Shown: positions 40,096 through 51,100 of the stretch, piece by piece
Position numbering within the stretch: the first letter of the stretch is position 1
How the letters are laid out: every line of letters starts with the position of its first letter
Origin: Chlorokybus atmophyticus
Taxonomy: Eukaryota > Plantae > Mesostigma and Chlorokybus algae
DNA: 64,000 nt
Assembly (NCBI GenBank): GCA_009103225.1
Contig: RHPI01003009.1
Coordinates: forward strand, 539,354-603,353
Direction: 5' to 3'
The notes under the pieces: model-generated
The model's input: only the letters and a program-made list of their open reading frames with translations
Databases searched by the model: none
Told to the model about the DNA's origin: nothing
Translations under genes and position numbers: made by a program

Positions 40096-40190
40096 CCTGA
40101 TGTCAGGCAACCTGACTGTGCGCTGACGTCAGCGCCGCCCTTCCGATCAGCATTCATGAGTCATGCTGCTGCCGTCATGAGTGATGACGT
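40096..40190. promoter_or_regulatory. Cluster of bZIP-type motifs (TGATGTCA, TGACGTCA, TGAGTCA, TGACGT) upstream of the GFA gene
   Basis: CCTGATGTCAGG 40096-40107; perfect palindrome GCGCTGACGTCAGCGC 40120-40135; CATGAGTCATG 40155-40165; TGACGT 40185-40190. Confidence 0.5.
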
Positions 40191-40242
40191 TTGAGCATGG
40201 TCTATGAGTCATTGAACAAAATGTTTGCTTTGGGTTGTACAA

Positions 40243-40839
40243 AAACCGATGTTATTCATGGACTATAATCTATACCATATCACAATTGATGCTTTTCGCA
40301 TATGCATTGGTAAAAGGTAGGTTACATTACTCATTGTGTGTACTTTATAAGAAGGGTAATGAAATGTAAATTCGTGGGTCATCATATATAGTATATGTGT
40401 AGACCCCGTACTGTTATTAAGGATGGGCTACTAACTAGATTCTGGCTCCAACTAACAAACAAATAACCAACATTATATCAATAACGTTATTTTCATTTGT
40501 TAAAATAATGATATTTTGTGATGACGAATAAAAACAACTTATCCACAATCAAGCTTGGTACGAACAAACATATAATAAATGAAAACATGAATACAATGAA
40601 GTTGTATCAATTGTCGCCCTTTTGGCCACGGAAAGCAATATGTTTGTATTATTATGCATCTCATAATGATATATGTATATGTATATATGTATATATACAC
40701 AAATGCACTATTTATACATTTGTATGAAGGAAGAGCGCGTATATATGCTGTTTTTATCTATCTATAGTAAAGATTCGTGCATTGCATAATGACATAATAC
40801 AATATATATGCATGATGTCCACATGTAAACCGATGTTAT
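40243..40839. other. AT-rich island bounded by a 13-bp direct repeat
   Basis: AAACCGATGTTAT at 40243-40255 and 40827-40839; the interior is visibly much more AT-rich than its flanks. Confidence 0.6.
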
Positions 40840-41881
40840 ATTTGTGCTACACACACAGCGACTGCCTGGCTAGTGTGATGTCATGCTGACGCATGCATGT
40901 GAAGCCCTAACGACTAAGCGACTGCCGAGTGATGGCAGTGCGTTAAGTGAGCTGGCGGCGGCAAGGGGGAGAGACGGGGGAGTTCGTTGAGACTGCTGCT
41001 GTTGTGGACGCTACAAGGCTGACCACAGCCGTGCCGCAGGTGATAATGGAACATACATGCATGCATGACTAACGGGGTAGCCAAGTAGTGGCAGTTGAGT
41101 GCGTTGAAAGTACCTAGTGTGGTGAAATAGCACTGTGACTGCTGCTGACTGTTTGCTTGCGGCGTGTGCATGACTACATGCATGTCTCATGCTTATGACC
41201 CTTGCATGCGGTCTTATCAGCACTCCATCTTTTGTACACACACATATATGTGTATATGTGTGTGTGCAATATATGCTGCGAATAGCATTTGGTGCAGGTT
41301 GGTCATTATTGAAGCTCGGTTGACTCGACCAAAAAAAGGTCAATCTTCCCATATTGCCGGAACGGCGTGGAGCGAGGAAGACGTCAAACCTCCCCATCAC
41401 GAAGCAATGGCTCTCGTGTGAGTGAAGCACTTGAGCACAAGTAATACACAGTCGACCACAATTGGGGTCCCCAATGCGTCGTCACCAGCAATGGCGTCCT
41501 ATCTGTTGCATGGCGCACGCACACACGCGCGTGCGCACACTCAACAGGCATGTACAAACAACCTCGTGGTATGCAGTTAGTATTAGACTCAACAACTGTT
41601 GTGTTAGGTACCGCCTTTGAACAACCTTGCATGCACAAGCATGCAGCATGACGCACATGTACATAAGTGCGGACAAAAATGCAAATTACGCCATGTGCAT
41701 GTCAAGCATGACAGAGGTGCAATGTAGAAGTACCAGCCATATTCATGACCAACAAGATGTGCAACAACGAGTGTGAGCTACTGCGTGTGTAAGTGCCGCA
41801 TATATCACTCTAATAGCAACCTGTGGCATGCGCATTCTAGTGCCAGAATGTCAGCTGCCTTTACCTACAGTACGCATGTGC

Positions 41882-43865
41882 TTAGAAGATGGCTGGGAAA
41901 CACGATTTCTGTGTTTGCAGCCTTTTGACAATCCAGAACGTGACCATTTCGGCTGTGAAAACGCGCTCGTCAATCATGAATGGCTCCACGTTGCTGGGTG
42001 GGTAGCCATGTGAAGCCAGTGAAAAACCTCTGGCGCCTGAATGGAGAAACAAACTCGGATGTGCTATGCATACATCCTGATGACAGCAAACCAAGCGATC
42101 CACAAACCAACAGCCAACAGATGCTCACACCTCCGCCAACCCCAACCCCAACCCCAATCTCAAGTCTCACCTGTGATGATGCCATCAGGAAACAAAACCC
42201 AGAAGTTGAACGGCACCTCGCCATTGAAGAATGAGCCACGAATCTGGGTAGCACACCAATTGTCACAAACTGAATGCTGTGCAGTGGCATTCATGCGTTG
42301 CTTACGGCAGCCAGCCAGCCAATTGTGATTGCAGTGTATGTCATGCAAGTGCGTACATGACATAGCCAACTGCATGTACCTCGTTGTTCTCAAAGATGAG
42401 CTGAACATCTGTAACGTTCTGCTTGTCCAAATCTTTGCTCAGCAAAGGGAACACATCCTCTGTAATGAACTCCTTGAGCGGCTTTGCGTCGGGCTTTTTG
42501 GGTTTGGCTGCAGCTGCACCTGCTGCAGGTTTGGCTGCAGCAGGTGCTGCCTTGCCCTCCGCCGCCGGTGCCGCACTCTTCGCAGCAGCGGGTTTTGCCG
42601 CCGGCTTAGCTGCCTTGGCTGCCTTAGCTGCGGGGGCTTTTTTGGCTGCCTTAGGTGCCGCCGGAACTGCGAGAGTTAAAAACTGACTTTTTGGACCGGT
42701 GGTTGATACATTGCATGGGCATAACAAGTCGAGCAACATACCTTCCACTACAATCTGGTTGTTTGCGATGCCATCGCTGTCCGTGGCAGTGGGTTGATTT
42801 TCAGCTGTGACCCACTGGCCATCCACCACATACTTGTACTGGTAGGTGCCAGCTGGCAATTTCTGCACAACGCCAGACACGCTCAGAAATACCAAGCGTT
42901 ATAACTGCACACCCTTGCGTAGACTGCAACAGAGTGCGCCATGTCTTACAACGATTGGTAGCCATGCAACATCAAATTACGCATATGGCACAATAACAGT
43001 GCAACAACAACAGTGCAACAGCCATCTCTTACCGTTGTAACAGTGAAGACGCCCTTGTCATCCTTTGCAAGTGGGATGCGGTCGCTCCAGTCATTGAAAG
43101 AACCCGTCACCTGAACCTCCGCACCTCCCAAGGACCACTCAAACCGAACATCCACTAACGCTGGACCTGTCATACACAAGGCATTCACTCCCTTCGACCC
43201 AAAAATCTAAAGACACGTTGCGATTATGCTGTAGCTTGCAGGGGAATGAACTTGCACATGGTGGGGTCCTTAAACACTTGACCAGCATCTCAGACAGCTG
43301 CTCTCATGCCTTAGATTCAATGACAATGAGGTTGAGGCATGTTATAATGCCATGGCGCCGGCATACGCGTAATGTGGAACGAACGCTGTTGTGCGGGTTT
43401 GTTGCATTGCACCCAACTGGCGCAGGGGCATACATAGCACCAAGAATGTACCGCTTCACGTCATCCCCGTTGCAAAACATTGTAAGCAGGCCATAACGCG
43501 AATGCGTCTGTAAACTAGTGCATGTGTGAGCATCAATGCCTTAGACAAACGCATGGCAGCATGCCGGCAACGGCGCAAGCCACACCCGCGGAGGTGGTCA
43601 CTGTGGGTTCAGCTGTCACCGCGGCATCGCCAGCCGCCCGCGCGACCAGCTGAAGCCCTCGCCTGGCTGGCAAGGTAGACGACGTCCGCGACGACACCCC
43701 CGCCGCCGAGGCAGGCGGGGCTTGCCGCAGCCGCAGGACGCTTCTGCCAGAGCTGTCAGAATGCGGTGGAGACCTTCTATTACCAAATGTCTCCACCGAA
43801 CTCCGCTGCAGCGACAGCGACACCGTCGCTGACCCCGCGCTCGTCGCCGCCGCCGCCGCCGCCAT
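41882..43865 (-). CDS. NdhV: Plastid protein: transit peptide + CBM48 starch-binding domain + Ala/Lys/Pro linker + NdhV (DUF2996) domain, 349 aa
   Basis: Exons 43865-43586, 43166-43033, 42862-42742, 42666-42380, 42243-42171, 42036-41882; all junctions GT-AG and in frame (1050 nt). CBM48: VRFEW..GG..V.VTGSFNDW..IPL..LPAGTYQYKYVVDGQW..DSDGIANN. NdhV: KPLKEFITEDVFPLL..FENNEIRGSF..FNFWVLFPDG.ITGARGFSL....PPSNVEPFMIDE..FWIVKRL. Confidence 0.9.
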
Positions 43866-44184
43866 CCCCGCAGACGCCGCCTCCTGCTGCCACGTGGCGT
43901 GACAGGTACACGTGTAATGTTTATCGCCTTCGTGCGGTATTATCCACAAGTTCTCTGCGCCGACACAACAGCTCGATGTGCAGCACAGCATGCGCCGACC
44001 TTCCTGGTGGGTATCCGTCAACGAGACGACACGCAGTACGCCGACATTCGTATCTTGGATACGTTTCGTATCTAGGGTTTCAGCTGGTGCGGCGAAATAC
44101 CGTTGTGTTGGCGGGCAAGTAGGCGGCGGCCGTGCGGGCGGCGGCGGTGGAGGACGAGGAGAAGGCAGTGCTGGTGGCCAGGAG

Positions 44185-45802
44185 ATGGCCGTGCGCCGTG
44201 CGGTGTTGACCTCACTGCGTAGTGCTGCGGTGAGGCAAGGTAGCTTTGGCTCAGATCCCGGTTCAGTACGGTACTACTTTGGGAGGGCGGCGGCGGCGGC
44301 GGCGGCGGAAGGCAGAGACGCCTCGCAGAGGCAGCCGCAAGCTTCGTGGCAACAGGCTGCGGCGGCTGCCGTTGCAGCCGCCGCCTTTGCACCTGCGTGC
44401 TTGGGTCAAACTTCTGAAGCGAAGTGTTGGTTCTGGTCGAAATCGACACAGACAGAGGAGCATGCTGCTGATGAGGTGAGTGCCGCGAGCGGAGTTGATG
44501 GTATCAACGTCCGTATTTAGATGCGACCAGTTCAAGTGCACGCTGCATTGTTCTGGCTTTCAGCTTGCAATTTCAAGCGTCCGCACATTGCCAGCATTCC
44601 CTGACAGGGAGTCCCTGTTTGCTAGCTAAAATTACTAGGATGAGCCATCGCCAATAGAAACAACTCTACATGCAACTAACCCTCATCCTCACCCTAGCTC
44701 TGCAGCGACAATCCCTATGCCGCGTTGTAATTGCACATGCACTTCACATACGCTTGTCCAGCACATGGCTGCAGGCTACACAGCTTGTGCTGTGTAGTCT
44801 TTACGTGCCAGGAACGTTACCTGCGTTACATGCGTGCTTATCTGTGTACTGTTTGCCTGTCTTTCGTCTATGTTGCTCAGGAGATGCAGTGCGTACCATT
44901 GCTGGCAGTGAGTTACAGCAACACAAGCATCTAGTTAAGCGTGCTCTACTCGGTGTCCTGAATGCGCGGCTGAGCATGGCTGAGCATGTGCAAGCAGGTG
45001 CAAGCGTCGCCTCCACCTCCAAGTTGGCGTCCCAAAGAAGTAGTGCTGTACCAATATGACTCCTGCCCATTCTGCAACAAAGTAAAAGGTATCTTGCACC
45101 TGGAATGATGTGCAAGTATCCATGTGTTGTGCATGCATGCAGCATCCAACAAGCGTTGTACATTATGCAGCCTACTTGGACTACAGCAAGATACCATACA
45201 AGGTGGTGGAAGTCAACCCTGTAGGCAAGAAGGAGCTTGCCTGGTCACAGTACAAGAAGGTGCCAGTGCTAGTCGTTGACGGTGAACAGTTCAACGACTC
45301 CACGGCTATTATTACAGAGTTGGAAAAGAGGCTGACGAATGATACTAGAGAAGAGCGAGAAGAAGAGGCAAAGTGGCGAAACTGGGTTGACACGCACCTG
45401 GTGCACCTCCTGTCCCCCAACATATACCGGACGCCCAGCGAAGCCATTGAGGCATTTGACTACATCAGCACGCATGGGAACTTCACTGGCATGCAGAGGT
45501 TTGTCGCAAAGTACCTAGGCGCCGCATCCATGTACATCATCTCCAAGCGATTGAAGAAGCGCCATCACATCGAGGACGAGCGGCAAAGTTTGTACGATGC
45601 TGCGAATGAGTGGGTGGGTGCTCTGGGTGACAGGCAGTTCATGGGTGGAGACAAGCCAAATTTAGCTGATGTGTCCGTGTTTGGCGTGTTGCGTGCGATA
45701 CTTGAGCTTCAGGCTGGCAGGGAGCTGCTTGAGAACACTAAGATCGGGCCCTGGTTGCAACGCATGACCGAAGCTGTAGGGGAGTCACTAAGGCTAGACT
45801 AA
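44185..45802 (+). CDS. PTGES2: Prostaglandin E synthase 2-like glutaredoxin/GST protein with organellar presequence
   Basis: VVLYQYDSCPFCNKVK|AYLDY..IPYKVVEVNP..KKVPVL..NDSTAII, WRNWVDTHLVHLLSPNIYRT..EA..AFDY, FMGGDKPNLADVSVFG; 2 introns. Confidence 0.95.
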
Positions 45803-48101
45803 GTTTGCGGCATGTTAGGTTGCTAGGTAGTTTCGAGTTTGATCATTCTTTTACTGGGGCAAGACTCTGTCACTGTACAGTGCAGTCTGACCAGTACGTT
45901 GTTTGCTGCCATGTTGATAGCAGCTTTGTTGACAGTGTATGGTTCTGGGTAACCAGCTACTGTAGTAGTGTGCCCCATGCGTACAGGATATGCGCAAAGT
46001 AGTTGTACGGTATAAGTGTTCTGCTTCCGGCGTTGTGGTATCCGCTGCATTGCATGATGTTCGGTGCAAGGTGGCATGTAGCATATGGACCTTGCATGCG
46101 TGGTGGGATCGGTGCTAGGCGACATGCACACTATGGAATGTTGCACTTGCCCTACAATAGCTCCACAATTTAGCGCTTGGGCATGACCTAGTGTTCCGCA
46201 GGCAACATGCGACGCGAACCTGGGATGGCATGATGAGACCAATACGGATGTCCGCTTCTCCTTTGTCAACACCACAGCCAATCCCTTTTCATACAACACT
46301 TTGTAGCCGGTCTGGGCAGACTTTGGGGACATGAGCCTGACCTTGGTATATCCTAACGTAGCAGCAGTCAGCAACCAAGCCTGAAGTACAGTGCCCCTCT
46401 CCTTCCCTCCCTCTCCCCTTCCCCCCCTCCAACGTTCACGTTCCCAGCTCTTCTGCTCCTGCCTCAACCCAGGCAACTGAATCTCTCTCAGCGTGAATCG
46501 TAGTACGCAATGATTTACCACTCACCACTCGTCAACCAACGACGACGCTTCCCAGCACCTTGGATTCTTACAGCGACCAAGTCCTCAACTTCCCTTGTCT
46601 CTGTGTCAGACAGAGAGAGGGGTGGCGGAGATTGGGGCAAGCAGCGGCACGAAGCTGCGGACAAGCAGACGTTTTGTCATCGCCGGCGTGAGTGGCGCCT
46701 GTGAGCGAGCGGGGCGGCGGTGGCGGCGACCTTCGGGCGGGTGATGTCGTCGCCGGCGGAGCTGTCGGGGGTGAGGAGGGCACTTGGCGCACGGGCTGAG
46801 TGGTGGTCGTAAAGCCTCCCCCTTTCCGACGCTCTCCCCTTCTGCACAACACCTTGCTGGCAGGTGAGCGTTTGGCTGGGTTCTCCCCCTGTCTCTGTGT
46901 GCGGCATGGGTGGGAGCGGTTGGTTATCCCGCTGCCCCCTCCCCCCCTCTCCTCAAGCTGGTAGTGGTCGCTACCAGACCGCCCGGCCTAGTGGCATAGG
47001 CTTATCTGGCCTGGTATATCGACTGGATCTACCATGCGCTGCACTGCGGTTGCAGGGTAGATCTGACGTGCGCAGCATGATTTCTGGCTCATCAGGCAGC
47101 CGCAGGCGAAACTGCCCTCAAAGTAGAGCTCAGTGTGCGTCTCAGCAGCACTGTTGTGGTGCAAAGTGCACAACTGTGTCTCCAGCCCCCTTGCGGTGGA
47201 TGCCAGCATGCCAGCCGTTGGGGGGCATTGCCCCCCCGGCCATGTTTGTCCTGGCTCAAGCTTGCTTTGCGAAGTAACGCTGCTATGCAAATTACGCTGC
47301 CCATGCATGCGGAGTGAGCATGTGGCAAAAGCTGGGAGGGAATCGCAAGTTTTGGTTGAGAGTGGCAGGCCGCTCAGTGTGGCGGGCTGGAGGGGTTGGT
47401 TGCAGCGCACTGAATTGGGGTTGTGGAGAGCAGCGGGATGGTTAATGATCTGTGACTGTTATCCCCCCTTCCCCCTCCCTTCTTTCCCGTTTAGAGGGGG
47501 ATTCGCATTGACACAGCCTGTGATGCAGTTTGAGTATGCCTTCATGGCCGTAAGTAGCTTGCGTCCGCGCTGCGTCATTGTGCAATGCAGAGGTCATTGC
47601 AGTGCTGCAAAAACATTGGGTTGCCATGCAATTGCACACGCACATCTGTTGCACTTGGCTAGTAAGCGTCTCCCATGCAACTGAAATGCTTACCCCGTTT
47701 GTTTTGCATGGCTGCGCTCGGTCTTGCCATGCTGCAACTCGAGCATTGTGAGCAACGCAGGCGTAAGCTGTAAGCTCAGTACTGATCAACATTCAGTAAG
47801 CATAGCAGTGAGGCTAATTGCGGTATGCATGTTGTCTGTACTGCAAGTCTTCGTGTGTTGTCACAGTCCTTCATGCAGTCATCAACTCAGTGTCTAGGTT
47901 GTGGGTGCATCTGCAGCTCATTGCATGCAAAGCGCACCTGCACGCATGGGTGTGTGGCCCTGTATTGGCTTGAGCAATGGCTGTAACGCTTTGCCGGTTA
48001 CCAGGTCACATGGGCTTCATCGCAGTGCGTTCAATCTCTAACACCCCCCCGTTGGTTGGTTTGCAGTATGACACATACAGGCTGATGCCATTTGTTCAGA
48101 G

Positions 48102-51100
48102 ATGGCAGCCTCCGGCAATCCAGCGTTAGCTGGACCTGCAGCAAGCGCAATAGCAAAGCGTGATCGGAAGCCATCATGGAGGCAGTTAGCTGCGCGCAAG
48201 TCAATCGCGAAGCCCACGCACAACACCAGAGCTGCAAAACCTAGTTTGCCGCAACTTCTAACCAAGCGAGCTCGCAAAGCCCCTGAGAGATGGTTGCTGG
48301 CATCAGAGGGCGGCGCTGATGGTGATGCAGCGACTCAGCAGCAATTGGCACCCAATCGTGACACACCAAGCAAAGAAAAGGGGGCTTCTGCAAAGTCACC
48401 TGCCAAACCAGCAGCAAAAGCACCCGCCAAGCCAGTAGCAAACGCACCTGTCAAGCCAGCAGCGAAGGCATCCGCGAAGCCAGTCACCAATGGCGCGACA
48501 TCGCCAGCCGCCAAACAGGGCATCTCCCCACAAAACAAAGGGCCATCACAGAAACAAGAGTCCCACAAGTCCGCAAGCTCTCCGTTGCCCAAAGGTTGGT
48601 TTGCCAGCATTACTGTGGCTTTGGTGCCTTTGCATATTGGTCTGGTTGGCTCTCTAGAAAGCTGAAGCTGCAAGGTAAAGGGGCTACACTTGTGCAGGGG
48701 CGAAGGCTCCAAATGCAGGGAGCAAGCGACCCGCCACAGCTTCGCAGGCCTTTCGCAAGCAGATAGCAAAACGAGCAGCTGTCCAGGTTGCAGATGGAGC
48801 AAAGAAGAAGTCTTCCGCATCTCAAGTCAAGGCAAAGCCGAAGCAAGGAGCAAGCCCAGCAATGAAAGCCGTGAAGAAGGTTGCTACAGCAGTTGTCAAA
48901 CAGAAGCGGCATGCCAAGGTCACAGGCAAGAAGGGTGCAGGCAAGGCAGACGTAAAACAGGCGTCTCCTCGAAAACCCAAAACAGCCACAAAGGCTGCAG
49001 CACATGGAGTGAAGCACGAGCGCGCCCCGAAGCCAACCAAAATGAAGCGGCAATCAATGGCAGAGATCAAGCGCCTGCAGCACTACTGGAAGAACGTAGC
49101 CAGGTTCAAGACCCACGTGCGGTCACAGTTGACCAGGGTGCGGAGGGAGAAGGCGTTGATTGAAGCGTACGCAGGAGAAGGGTGGAAGGGCGCAAAGTAA
49201 GTTTTATGTGCTTCATGCATGCTTCCACAGTGGTGTTTGAGTGGTGTCAGTGTGCCGCGAGCAACTTGTGTCGCATCGTTAACAAGTTGATCCTGGTGTC
49301 ACTTGCAGTCGTGACAAGCCACGTCCAGAGAGCGAGCTGCAGAGAGCGCAGTTGCAGATCCTCAAGTCCAAAGTTAAGTTGCGGGAGGCAATACACAGTC
49401 TGGATAAGTTAAGCGCTGTTGGACGCCTCCCGCCTGAGGCTTTCGATGAGCACGGTGAAGTTGATGCTCAAAATGTAAGTGCATTACTATCGCATTCTGG
49501 TGGGTAGCAGGTTGCGCGACGCTGCTAGCCGTCCTTGTCTTGTCTTCGCAGTTGGAGTCAACTATTGGCTCATGCTCCAAGTAATTGGCCTGGTTGTTGC
49601 TAAGATGCATACACACAACCATAATCTACGCATGATGGAGAAATTTTGCCAACCCTCAAGCTGGCTGACTGCCGTCATATGTCGTGCAGATGAGTTGCTG
49701 CATGTGTGATGTGCAAGAGTCCTGGGACGATAACGACTTGGTGCTCTGTGATGGCGAGTGCGACCGCGGCTACCACCAGCATTGCATCTGGCCTCCTTTG
49801 TCAATAAATGATTGTAAGCACGCTCTTAGCTTAGCTTGAATGGCTGTGACTGGTGCTGACGCAGCGACAGGAAGTGATGAGAGCGTGCTGAAGTCTGATA
49901 TCCTGTACTATGTGCAGTGCCGGATGGTGATGAAGGGTGGTTGTGCCCTTTATGTGATATCAAAGTGGACTGCTTGACGTCTATCAATGAAGAGTTTGGC
50001 ACCGAGCTGCACATAGGGTCTAGCTGGGAGGTACTGCCGCCCTCATGGCCTGCATGCAGTCCTGCCTGGCTTCCTTGTTGATGCATGGCTGTTGGCATCA
50101 GCTCCGGTTGCGTGTAGGCGGTGTTGTCCTTTCAATGTTTGTTTATGATGCACTCATGCAGACGTATGTCTCAGGATGTGTTCCCGGAGGAAGCCACAAA
50201 GCTTGCAGAAGCTGGTGATGCGGCCATCATGGCTGATGATGGCCATGTTTCTGAAGAGGACGAAGAGGACGATGACTTTGACCCGGACAAGCCTGAGGAG
50301 GTGAGCGTGATTCAACTTTCTGATCATGCTATTGCGTACCAGCCCAGTCTGCAGTTAGTATCCCTAAGAGCAAATCATATATTCGTTCCATATGGGTTTT
50401 ATACCCAATTGGCATTTTGTCCTTCACATGATGGCCTGTATCCAGTCTGTGCTGCACACATTGGTAAACACGTTTACAATAATCTGGTACCTACAGTCCG
50501 AAGATGATGGTGAGGTGGAGGATGGGGGTGACATTGAAGCGGATGGTGAGGGAGACAGCGATGAAGAAGATGAGAATGAAGAAAACGAAGAGGATGAAGA
50601 GGAGCAAAGCGAACCAGAGGCTGGTGAGCAGGACGAGGACCTGGACGGCGTTGAAGATAGTGAGCTCGCGGACCTCATGGCAGATCAACAAGAAGATGAG
50701 AAGCCTTCAACTTCTGGACAGCAGGAAGAGCCGCAGAGCGTCATTCTAAACCGCCGGCGAGAGCGTCCGAGGGTGGACTATCACGCTTTGAATGAGGTAT
50801 GCATCCTATGGTGCAAGAAGCAACAACTTGTTTCTTGCATGTTACAAAACATGCACAGCGAGAGTGATTTCATTTGGAGCGACCAACATATGTCTCAATG
50901 TCTTAGGCAATGTTTGGCAACAAGGAGTCCTTTGAAGGGGAGTTTGCAGAAGAGGAGGTCGACTGGAAAACAGCCAACACGCGCAGGTCCAAGCGCAAGG
51001 CGGACAGGCCTGCCAGGGCCGCTGATGCAGACGCGCCTGGTCCGGTCGAAAAGAAGCCCAGACGGCAGCCAACAGCAAAGAAGCAATCCGCACGCAAGGA

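Noticed and set aside
40243-40255. AACCGATGTTA resembles CACTA (Tgm-type) subterminal repeats
   Set aside because: Only 2-3 copies, and no CACTA termini or transposase nearby.
46210-46560. Spliced-looking minus-strand frame (GYTKVRLMSPKSAQTGY..) resembling ribosomal protein L33
   Set aside because: No upstream in-frame ATG, and no downstream exon supplies the L33 C-terminal motif.
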